64,000 bases of DNA from Octopus sinensis (lineage: Eukaryota): positions 87,110,001 through 87,174,000 of the forward strand of contig NC_043005.1 in NCBI RefSeq assembly GCF_006345805.1, written 5' to 3'. The translations under genes were made by a program, and so were the position numbers. Within the stretch, counting starts at the first letter, position 1. Each line of letters begins with the position of its first letter. The notes under the pieces were generated by a model. The model had not been told where the DNA came from and did no database searches. It was given only the letters and a program-made list of their open reading frames with translations. Below are positions 11,946-23,042 of the stretch, piece by piece.

Positions 11946-12480
11946 TACACACTCATATGTATGTATATATGTATGCATGTATGTATGTATGTATGTATGT
12001 ATCCATGTATGTATGTATGTATGTATGTATGTATGTGTGTGTGTATGTATGTATGTATGTATGTATGTATATTGGTATGCATATATATGTATGTGCTAAA
12101 AATGTGAAATGTAAGAAATCATAGCAACTACACTAAAGTTAAATCAAGCTCCCTTTTTTTAAAACTAATTTTTAAAGTTCTTTTTCCGTTCCTTGCTTTC
12201 TAACGCGTGAACAACTCAAGGCAAACATGTAACTGAGTACGTGACAACGCAGCGAAGCCTGTGAGTCACCGATGGTTCAATAAACGTTCAGATAAACGTT
12301 GTAAAGCATCAGTTTCGACTGGCTGTCTTTGTGATTGATGCAGCAGCGTGCGTCAGGTGTTAATATCGAGAGAATCATGGCAGAGAGAAAATGAAGACTG
12401 TAAAAACGGACAAGTCAATAAAGTCAATAGAGAATTATACCGGGAGATAACGTCATCAAACAACCTGAAGCGACTATAAA

Positions 12481-12504
12481 ATAATAAAAATAATAACAAC
12501 GATG

Positions 12505-12558
<54 letters not shown>

Positions 12559-13235
12559 TAATAATAATGATAATAATAATAATAATGATAATAATAGTAG
12601 TAATGATTATAATAATAATAATAACAAAAATAATAATAAGCAAAATAATTATAATCATATTATTAATCGTAAAACCAACAACAAAATCAATAACGAAAAT
12701 AATGATGATAATAACATTAATATCGATACTACTGATAATGAGAAGGAGTAGGAGAGGAGGGGAGGGGAATGGGAGGAGGAGGAGTTAGAGGAGAATGCCT
12801 TCGGTAAGGATGATGCTGTTCAGGTGGGAAAGATGGACGGCGGTGTTAGTGATTATGGTAGTGGTGAAGATGATAGTGATGATGGTCATCAGGACGATGA
12901 TGATGACGACAATGATGATGAGGATGACGATGATGACGATGATGTTATCATGTGACATGGATGCTCCAAGTTGAGGAGGAGGTTTATGTCGAAGAGTATA
13001 ACGACCGTCATCAACAACAACAGCATCAACATCCACATCCACATCACCAGCAGTAATAGTAGTATAAATTAAAACAACAGCAACAACAAAAGTAACATTA
13101 AAGAAAATGAAAATAACGACAACATAAATATTGATATGAAATGATGAAAAGGTAATAATTAGGAACAATAACAGAAATTGGGAAGTTGTGGCCCCGCATA
13201 AAATCAGTGAAATATTCTTGTTATATTTATAATCA

Positions 13236-13324
<89 letters not shown>

Positions 13325-13390
13325 ATAATAGTGGTAGTAGCAGCAACTGTTATTGTTGTTGTAGTTGTTGTAGCAGCAGCAGCTCCCTAA
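12481..13390. repeat. Compound trinucleotide field (AAT, GAT, AAC, AGT, AGC)
   Basis: Direct reading; source of the poly-I, poly-L and poly-S ORFs. Confidence 0.9.
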
Positions 13391-13500
13391 TTCCTACAAT
13401 TTGTTAAGGACTGGAAGCAATTCTCAAGCATCGGATCAACAACACCAGAAACAGCACGTAAACACACATTCACACGTTCACACACGTACACACACACATA

Positions 13501-13549
<49 letters not shown>

Positions 13550-13557
<8 letters not shown>

Positions 13558-14577
13558 AATTGATAAATAAAACATATGCATATATACATACATGTATGTA
13601 CGTACCTACCTCTACATGTATATATACACGCATATATGGGTACAGGACATAAAAAAAACACGTCGAACACAATGAGCAACGAAAACATAAACACAAAACC
13701 AAGGAACTGGACATTTTTCTTAAACAACAAAAAAAAGAGTACAGGACAAATAACACAAGGAAAATTCCCCTTCTTCAGTCGCCATGGTTTCATCTACTCT
13801 GCGTTTCGAAGGTGAAGGCGATACGCATCTTCAATAGAAACTTTCCTTTCCGCGAAAAGCAAATTAAATAAACTTTGAGATCTTTTTGCGGAGGGGTAAA
13901 AATGGTAACAAAAACAGGACAGTACCGACAGTACAAAATATAAAGAGTAAAAGACAGGACAAGGAGAATAACAAGACAAGAAGGGCTGTTAAGCCGAACG
14001 GGAAAAAGTATTACGAACGCTATTTTTGAGAACGGCGAAGGAGCAACAGAAAATGCCGTCCACACTTGAAAGAAGTCAGGCCAGAAAGACAGTAGCAGAG
14101 CTTTCGTCGCGGGTCAACGACGGGAGGGAGGAGGATGAGCAAGAGAAAGGGAGAGAAAAAAGGAAATGGTTGTGAGGAAACCAGAAAGAATGAAAAATGA
14201 GAGAGAGGGAGAGACAGTAAGGTAGAAGAAAAAGAAACCAGAAAGAATGAAGGCTGAGAAAGGGAGGGGACAGAAAGGTCAAGAGTGCGCATCATTATTA
14301 ATATCAAGAACAATCTTTCTTAGAAATGGATGCGTGCGTTCCGTCATATAATAAATTAATAAATAAAACATATGCATATATACATACATGTATGTACGTA
14401 CCTACCTCTACATGTATATATACACGCATATATGGGTACAGGACATCCCCAAAAAACGTCGAACACAATGAGAAACGAAAACTTAAACACAAAACCAAGG
14501 ATTTGGACATTTTTCTTAAACAACAAACAAAAAAGTACAGGACAAATAACACAAGGAAAATCCCCCTTCTTCAGTCG
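13550..14577 (-). repeat. ~220-bp direct repeat (13563-13781 and 14359-14577) flanking a unique segment; pLTR-like partial tandem
   Basis: Both copies run ataaataaaacatatgc...ccccttcttcagtcg; period about 796 bp; flanked by (TA)n on both sides. Confidence 0.85.
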
Positions 14578-14620
14578 TACACATATTTATGCATGTGTGG
14601 GTATATAGAGACATGGACAC

Positions 14621-14686
<66 letters not shown>

Positions 14687-14690
<4 letters not shown>

Positions 14691-15197
14691 AAAATGAGGT
14701 GAGATAGAAAATCCTAAAATAATTTCATCATGAAGAACATTTTGGTACCGATTTCAGTCTCTACGACTTTTTCAAATTAGAGTAAAGGGTGCTTTACTCT
14801 AATTAAATTGCCTAAAACAATTAAATTGCCTAAAAATTAAATGAAATATATTTTTTAAATATTCCATAGCATTTAAATACAAGAGACATTTTTCCCTTTC
14901 CGTCTCTCTCTTTCTCTCTCTTTCTCTATCTCTTTTTTATCTCTCTTCCACTCTCTGTCTCTCTCTCTCCTTTACACTTGCGTATGCTTGATAGTAGGTA
15001 GTAGCTGTCCTAAAACAAACAACATTACATTTAATTTTTCCTCGATTTAATTGTTTTTCATGCTTTATTCTAAGTTGAACAAGTTGCAAAGTCTGAAACC
15101 GGTACAAAAATGTTATTCATGACAAAATTATTTTAGCATTTTCTACCTTATTTTCTTTATACATATCAACATGTATGTTACTTTTCAGCCTTCTACG

Positions 15198-15241
<44 letters not shown>

Positions 15242-15786
15242 ATATATATATATATTATATATATATATATATATAAGGAAAATGAGGTGAGATAGAAAAT
15301 CCTAAAATAATTTCATCATGAAGAACATTTTGGTACCGATTTCAGTCTCTACGACTTTTTCAAATTAGAGTAAAGGGTGCTTTACTCTAATTAAATTGCC
15401 TAAAACAATTAAATTGCCTAAAAATTAAATGAAATATATTTTTTAAATATTCCATAGCATTTAAATACAAGAGACATTTTTCCCTTTCCGTCTCTCTCTT
15501 TCTCTCTCTTTCTCTATCTCTTTTTTATCTCTCTTCCACTCTCTGTCTCTCTCTCTCCCTTTACACTTGCGTATGCTTGATAGTAGGTAGTAGCTGTCCT
15601 AAAACAAACAACATTACATTTAATTTTTCCTCGATTTAATTGTTTTTCATGCTTTATTCTAAGTTGAACAAGTTGCAAAGTCTGAAACCGGTACAAAAAT
15701 GTTATTCATGACAAAATTATTTTAGCATTTTCTACCTTATTTTCTTTATACATATCAACATGTATGTTACTTTTCAGCCTTCTACG

Positions 15787-15844
<58 letters not shown>

Positions 15845-15845
15845 C
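14687..15845. repeat. Near-identical 588-bp tandem duplication; each unit holds an inverted pair of one short element
   Basis: aaggaaaatgaggtgagatag starts at 14687 and 15275. Within unit 1, 14690-14845 is an imperfect inverted repeat of 15028-15160. Confidence 0.92.
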
Positions 15846-16002
15846 TAATACATTTGTTCGTTTGTACTCCACCTGCCTTCGTCTTTTGTTTATTTTCGTA
15901 AACCTTCCCGTTATATATATATATATATATTATGTGTGTGTATACACACATATATAGAAACACACACACATCCACATATACATATATATACACACACATA
16001 TA

Positions 16003-16255
16003 AAAAGGGGTAAAGACCCCCTTCGGTCATGAATGACCATGGGATTGCACCTAGAAAGTTACCCTCCTAGACACAAGTCCGGGCAAGGTTGTTTATGGAA
16101 GGCTAGCAGTCGCCCATGCATACCAGCCTGCCCTCTCCACCCCACCAGTGTTATCCAAGGGAAAGACAAAGGTCGATACAGCTTGGCACTGTGACGTCGC
16201 AACTCATTTCTACAGCTGAGTGAACTGGAGCAACGTGAAATAAAGTGCCTTGCTC
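16003..16255 (-). mobile_element. Headless SINE fragment
   Basis: Contains cagctgagtgaactggagcaacgtgaaataaagtgccttgctc, shared with 27089-27407, and a distinct 3' tail. Confidence 0.75.
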
Positions 16256-17091
16256 GATATACATGTACATATATCCTCGTCGTATTTACGACTGCTGTAC
16301 ATTGGTGACACTCGATTAAACGCCCGTCCTCCAGCTCTTTATATCATCCATCCATTACGTTCGTTGTCTGTTTCTTGGTCTACTAACCTCTCATCCTGCT
16401 TCTCTTTCTCTCTTTCTCTCCCTTCCTCGCCCTGTCTTTCTTTCTCTTTCTCTCCTCTTCCCTCTCTACACGTCCGTCCTGCTATCTGCTCCTGTCTGTT
16501 GCCTTCCCTCTCTCTGCCCTTTGCCGTTTTTCTCCCTCCTACTACTGACAGGTGACCCGTGGTCTCCTTTTCCTCTATTTCTCTTTCTTCTTTCCTTTTC
16601 GCGCCGACTGCCGAACCAACTGGTCCTATTTTCTCTAGTCTCCAGCTTCAACCTGTTTCGCTGTTTGTTGTCCGTTTCTAATCATTTAAGAATTCCTCTT
16701 AGCGTTATTCATACTTCCGTCTTCTGCCTGACCTTAAAGCTGCAGTCTATTTATTCTGTCTTGTTAGTTTTCTCCTTTGTCCCTCATCCGTCCACCAATA
16801 ATCTCGTATTAAATCACATTTATTCCTGTTCCTATGTCCACGTCTCTATTGCGATTTTATTCATTTCTTGTTTGTTCGTTCACCTTCTGTAGTGTTTGGC
16901 TCAACTTCTCGGTGGCTTCCTGCTGCCGGTCGCACCAAAAGGGAATCAATATTATTGTAATGCTCGAACTTGCATTTGACCTTCTGGCCGACAACTGATT
17001 AGGGTTTGCTGACCTGTGTCAGTTTTCCGTTTGTTTATGCATTTATTATATGTTTCTAACTTATGCATACATACATACATACATACATACA

Positions 17092-17123
<32 letters not shown>

Positions 17124-17145
17124 CACATTCACACATATAAATATA

Positions 17146-17342
17146 AATCGTGTGCATCGTCGGCGATTTTCTTTCTCCGTCTTCCCTTCCTTGGACCTTT
17201 ACTTTTGCTATGTTTCTGACGAAGAGCTCCACTCGAAACGTTAAGTCCTCCTTTCTTTCTTTTCCTGAGCGTCCAATAACACTATACTTGTTCCACGTCC
17301 TCGCGTTGTTGTATTTTCTCTTTGTTCTTGTTTGGATTAACT
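17146..17342 (+). mobile_element. Short (TA)n-anchored element (family A) with HHR-like motif at 17212-17246
   Basis: gttt-CTGACGA-a-gag ctcca ctc-GAA-ACGT-T-aagt; homologues at 19876-20055, 21675-21868 and 33860-34063. Confidence 0.7.
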
Positions 17343-17379
17343 ATATATATATATATATATAATATATATATATATATAT

Positions 17380-18950
17380 GATATGTAGGTCCCGGGTTGA
17401 TTCGGGGTTAACCACAGTAAATAAGGTACTCAATACATAGTAGAGTAAAATTAATTTATTATATAGAAGGAGCTTCTACAGGACTAGAACTGTTTCATTC
17501 AAGAAAATCTTCAGGAAGCTAGTTAACAAGAATTGTATTGCCATTTATACATTTAGGCAGGTTTAAAGGGGTTGTTGGTGGGGGACTTTTTGGGGGTAGG
17601 CATAGCGCAAAATATCATACTTGGGGAGTGGTCAAGGAGTCAGTGTTAAATAGATAGAAGAATAAATAAAAAAATAAAAAAATATATAAAAAAATATATA
17701 AAATATATATAAAAAAAGGGAATAGAGTTTTAGGTAAATAAGGAGATTCTCACTTATACCTATGCACATATGTATACATATATACACACACATACAAACA
17801 TATATACATATACATACACACATACGTACACACACACATATATACATATATACACTTACACATACATATACATATCTACACAATACACATATGTATACAT
17901 ACACCACTCACATCATACACGTATACACACATGTATATATACACAACACGACCACACATACATATACACAGAAAAATATATATACCATACACACACACAC
18001 TCCACATACACGCATACACACACATATCCACACACACATATGCACACACAGCACACTAGTCCCTATATCACATATATACACATACACACACATATACACA
18101 CACATACATATACATACATATATAATATATATATATATATACATATGTGTACCTATGCATACCTACACATACACACATATATATACACATACAAAAATAC
18201 AGACCCATTCCCTAATTTTAATTTTATTATCTTCATTTATTACTTTTGTTATCTTTGTGACCAGCGATCAAAGATAACAAAGTAATAAATGAAGATAATA
18301 AAATTAAAATTAGGGAATGGTCTGTATTTGTATGTGTATATATGTGGTGTATGTGTAGGTATGCATAAGTACACATATGTTATATATATATAATATATAT
18401 ATATATATGTATGTATATGTATGTGTGTGTATATGTGTGTGTATGTGTATTATGTGTATATAGGGACTAGTGTGCTGTGTGTGCATATGTGTGTGTGGAT
18501 ATGTTGTGGTCGTGTGTGTATATATACATGTGTGTATACGTGTATGCATGTGAGTGTGGTGTGTATACATATATGTGTATGTGTAGATATGGATATGTAT
18601 GTGTAAGTGTATATATATGTATATATGTGTGTGGTTACGTATGTGTGTATGTATATGTATATATGTTTGTATGTGTGTGTATAGATGTATACATATGTGC
18701 ATAGGTATAAGTGAGAATCTCCTTATTTACCTAAAATTTTTATATATATTTTTTTATTTTTTTATTTATTCTTCTATCTAATTAACACTGACTCCTTGAC
18801 CACTCCCCCAAGTATGATATTTTGCGCTATGCCTACCCCCAAAAGTCCCCCCCAACACCCCTTTAAACCTGCCTAAATGTATAAATGGCAATACAATTCT
18901 TGTTAACTAGCTTCCTGAAGATTCTCTTGAATGAAACAGTTCTAGTCCTG

Positions 18951-18952
<2 letters not shown>
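17380..18952. mobile_element. Long fold-back PLE-type element: arms 17477-18257 and 18269-18952 plus a ~100-bp tail on the left arm only
   Basis: The right arm is the reverse complement of the left, with microsatellite-length indels; 11-nt spacer at 18258-18268; (TA)n on both flanks. Confidence 0.9.
17471..17520 (-). ncRNA. Predicted type I hammerhead ribozyme (one-nucleotide anomaly at the A9/helix II junction)
   Basis: AGCUUC-CUGAAGA-UUUUCUUGAAU-GAA-ACAG UUCUAGUC CUGU-A|GAAGCU: helix I 6 bp, helix III 4 bp, GUA cleavage site between 17477 and 17476. Confidence 0.65.
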
Positions 18953-18983
<31 letters not shown>

Positions 18984-19001
18984 TACATAAATATATATAC
19001 A

Positions 19002-19625
19002 TACAAAATAAGAAAATGGAGAAATACATCCAAATCAAATATCAATTACCAAATAATACCCAAACACATACTTTATTGAACCACCACATAAGAAACTTTA
19101 AAGTCAAACATAATAATGTAGAACAAAACAATGTACATAAAGGAGTGTACATAAAGGAGTAATGTTATACAATAAGTACAATATGTATAAGAGAATATAA
19201 ATATAAGTAAATATAAATATAAATAGTCTATATTTATATTTATATTTACTTATATTTATATTCTCTTATATATATTGTACTTATTGTATAACATTACTCC
19301 TTTATGCGCACTCCTTTATGTACATTGTTTTGTTCTACATTATTAGGTTTGACCTTAAAGTTTCTTATGTGGTGGTTCAATAAAGTATGTGTTAGGGTAT
19401 TATTTGGTAATTGATATTTGATTTGGATGTATTTCTCCATTTTCTTATTTTGTATTATGAATTTGTGGTAAAACATTTTACCTTTACCCCTATAATACAG
19501 TAAATGAATTAATTGCATCGCAATTCTTAACATTTATGTATTAACTTTGTTGGGTTCTTCACTGCAGAATATTGGATATATGTTATCCCTTAGAGGGTTG
19601 CATTTACAACCCCCTATCTCAATTT
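19002..19625 (+). mobile_element. Second fold-back element (family D): ~225-bp arms 19002-19225 and 19229-19454 plus tail
   Basis: The arms are reverse complements with only a few mismatches. The tail (atcccttagagggttgcatttacaacccc) resembles the tails at 21339-21400 and 25435-25482. Confidence 0.85.
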
Positions 19626-19775
19626 ATATATATATATAAATGACACCCTCATTTTTATTGTTATATATATATATATATATACATATGTCTGTGTGACCGC
19701 ATGTGTATCGCTGAAACTTGATTTAGCATATCTAATTTGAATTTTTCCCTGTAAGTTAGGAAATATATTCCCTCA

Positions 19776-19837
<62 letters not shown>

Positions 19838-20064
19838 CATTATTATTATTATTATATATATATATATACATATATAAAGTCAATCCAAACATGAAAACAC
19901 AACAACGCGAGGACATGGAACAAGTATAATGTTATTGAACGCTCATGAAAGAAGGAAAGAAGGAGTGTTTAACGTTACTGCGTCAGAAACCTAGGAAAAG
20001 GAAAGATCCAAAGAAGGGAAGACGGAGGAAAAATAATCGCCAACGGTACACGCGTGGTCACATT

Positions 20065-20102
<38 letters not shown>

Positions 20103-20266
20103 TAGTGGTACGACAAAGCACCAATGTTAACTGGAAAAGCAGTCGATACATTTACGACACTATAGTAAAGCTTCAATTACTGACAAAAGACGTGTATGTG
20201 CAGCGAACAAAAATTTTGTCTTACCTCTAGGATGAACATTATAAAAATGGACAACCAGAATCGGAT

Positions 20267-20341
20267 AATCCAGTACCTAGGTTTCAGATTCTTCAAATAC
20301 GATTGTCATATTAAATTTGATTAGTCTTCATCAGCTGGATT
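20267..20341 (-). ncRNA. Predicted type I hammerhead ribozyme with canonical core and palindromic helix III
   Basis: AAUCCAG-CUGAUGA-AGA[36-nt extension containing a UCAAAU/AUUUGA stem]UCU-GAA-ACCUAGGU-A|CUGGAUU: helix I 7 bp perfect; cleavage between 20274 and 20273. Confidence 0.8.
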
Positions 20342-20387
20342 TACCTGGACACTATTTCAAATGCTACATCAATGCCAGTATAACTGA

Positions 20388-21303
20388 GATATATTTCGAC
20401 CAAAGATTGGTGCAGGTCATGTCTAACTTAATAGCACCGTATGATAGGATTAGATGCATCATTTTGAATTCAAATTTTGTGGTATCATGGTCCAATCAAG
20501 TAAGGTGTTCGTGTTGAGTGAGTTGTATTTAGGTATAAGGTGGCTTATCTGGTACTCCTTGAAGAAATTTGTCCAAATTCCATTTATAAGTGATGGAACA
20601 CTTTTCCTGTTTGATCAGCATCGGGACAATTTTATATAGGGCAGGGCCTTTTGAGGAAAAGAAATTATGTTGCAGTGTATATATGTGGTGTGATCATCAG
20701 TTGTGTAGGGGTCATACGTTCTTTAAAATAATTCTGAAACTACGGCCTTGAAAATAATTCTGAAAATAAGGCCTTGAAAATAATTCTAAAAATAAGGCGT
20801 TGAAAATAATTCTGAAAATAAGGCCATGAAAATAATTCTGAAAATTCGGCCTTGAAAATAATTCTGAAAATACGGCCTTGAAAATAATTCTGAAAATAAT
20901 TTTGAGGTCGTTTGGGCAATGCAGGTGGTTTATTCTCCTCATCGGGAAAATGACATATCATTCAAGGCGACCGGAAGGTTCTTAGCATCAAGCAGCTCAT
21001 CATACGAGCTATATCAACCTTATTGTTGATGTGGGCACTCCAGCTATGATTATTGTCAACAATTACTCCTAAGTCTCTGATATTATTAAATGATGTGACT
21101 GGTTCGCGTAAAGGAAGAGTGTAAGGCTATTTTAGCATAGTCTTTGTTCAAAAATGCATCAGCTCAAATTTTCCCTAGTTTACTTGCATTTTGCTTTGTC
21201 TGCTCATTGACTTACAGTACGGAGATAAGACTGAATTTAAGTTGAATCTTTTTTCTCTGTTGACAATTTTCTGGAGCTTGGGGGTCATCAGTAAATATTT
21301 TCA
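20388..21303 (-). pseudogene. CR1-like LINE RT relic, copy 1, interrupted by a 26-bp minisatellite
   Basis: Fragments VKIFTDD (degenerate FADD), NIRDLGVIVDNN and GPALYKIVPMLIKQEKCSITYKWNLDKFLQGVPDKP. Confidence 0.8.
20722..20900. repeat. 26-bp minisatellite ggccttgaaaataattctgaaaataa, 6 units plus partials (4 units at 22513-22640)
   Basis: ggcc-like starts at 20744, 20770, 20796, 20822, 20848 and 20874, versus 22535, 22561, 22587 and 22613. Confidence 0.92.
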
Positions 21304-21338
21304 CTTTGATGTGCTTATATATATATATATATATATAT

Positions 21339-21656
21339 AGTGCAAAGAAAGATAGGGGTTATGGGTAACACACTATGGGATATGATTTATACAGTATACT
21401 GTTGATAAAGTGCCCAAATTCTTAATACATGAATGTTTTTAATTGTAACGTAAGAAGTAATTAGGATTTCATTAATTATGACTTTTAAAACTACGTCTTT
21501 TAAAATCTGTATTTGTATTATTATCTTAACTATTGATTTATATATTTTTGTATGCTTTTGATGTTCTCATTTGCAAAATTAATAAATAATCCAGCATTAT
21601 ATTATCCGTAAGTTGATGAACAAACCAAATTTGTTTCTCCATTTTTATTATTGTAT
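21339..21656 (-). mobile_element. Family D short element (duplicated at 23069-23372)
   Basis: Reverse complement aligns to 25128-25300 and to the atcccatagtg...cccataaccc tail of 25435-25482. Confidence 0.7.
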
Positions 21657-22057
21657 ATATATATATATATATATAAAGTTAATCCAAACATGAAAACACA
21701 ACAACGCAAGGACGTGGAACAAGTATAATGTTATTGGACGCTCATGAGAGAAAGAAAGAAGGAGTGTTCAAAGTTTCGAGCGGAGCTCTGCGTCAGAAAC
21801 CTAGGAAAAGGAAAGATCCAAAGAAGGGAAGACGGAGGAAAAATAATCGCTAACGGTACATGCGCGGTCACATTAGAGAGAGAGAGAGAGAGAGTAGTGG
21901 TACGACAAAGCACCAATGTTTACTGGAAAAGCAGTCGATACATTTACGACATTATAGTAAAGCTTCAATTACTGACAAAGACGTGTATGTGCAGCGAACA
22001 AAAATTTTGTCTTACCTCTAGGATGAACATTATAAAAATGGACAACCAGAATCGGAT

Positions 22058-22132
22058 AATCCAGTACCTAGGTTTCAGATTCTTCAAATACGATTGTCAT
22101 CTTAAATTTGATTAGTCTTCATCAGCTGGATT
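22058..22132 (-). ncRNA. Second copy of the canonical hammerhead ribozyme
   Basis: Identical to 20267-20341 except one change in the helix II extension. Confidence 0.8.
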
Positions 22133-22178
22133 TACCTGGACAATATTTCAAATGCTACATCAATGCCAGTATAACTGA

Positions 22179-23042
22179 GATATATTTCGACCAAAGATTG
22201 GTGCAGGTCATGTCTAACTTAATAGCACCGCATGATAGGATTAGATGCATCATTTTGAAGTCAAATTTTGTGGTATCATGGTCCAATCAAGTAAGGTGTT
22301 CGTGTTGAGTGAGTTGCATTTAGGTATAAGGTGGCTTATCTGGTACTCCTTGAAGAAATTTGTCCAAATTCCATTTATAGGTGATGGAACACTTTTCCTG
22401 TTTGATCAGTATCGGGACAATTTTATATAGGGCAGGGCCTTTTGAGGAAAAGAAATTATGTTGCAGTGTATATATGTGGTGTGATCATCAATTGTGTAGG
22501 GGTCATACGTTCTTTAAAATAATTCTGAAACTACGGCCTTGAAAATAATTCTGAAAATAAGGCCTTGAAAATAATTCTAAAAATAAGGCCTTGAAAATAA
22601 TTCTGAAAATAAGGCCATGAAAATAATTCTGAAAATAATTTTGAGGTCGTTTGGGCAATGCAGGTGGTTTATTCTCCTCATCGGGAAAATGACGTATCAT
22701 TCAAGGCGACCGGAAGGTTCTTAGGATCAAGGAGCTCATCATACGAGCTATATCAACCTTATTGTTGATGTGGGCACTCCAGCTATGATTATTGTCAACA
22801 ATTACTCCTAAGTCTCTGATATTATTAAATGATGTGACTGGTTCGCGTAAAGGAGGAGTGTAAGGCTATTTTAGCATAGTCTTTGTTCAAAAATGCATCA
22901 GCTCAAATTTTCCTTAGTTTACTTGCATTTTGCTTTGTCTGCTCATTGACTTACAGTATGGAGATGAGACTGAATTTAAGTTGAATCTTTTTTCTCTGTT
23001 GACAATTTTCTGGAGCTTGGGGTTATCAGTAAATATTTTCAC
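22179..23042 (-). pseudogene. CR1-like LINE RT relic, copy 2
   Basis: Duplicate of 20388-21303. Confidence 0.8.

Noticed and set aside
20722-20900. 26-bp repeats as a CRISPR array
   Set aside because: The units are contiguous with no unique spacers, no cas genes are present, and the context is eukaryotic.
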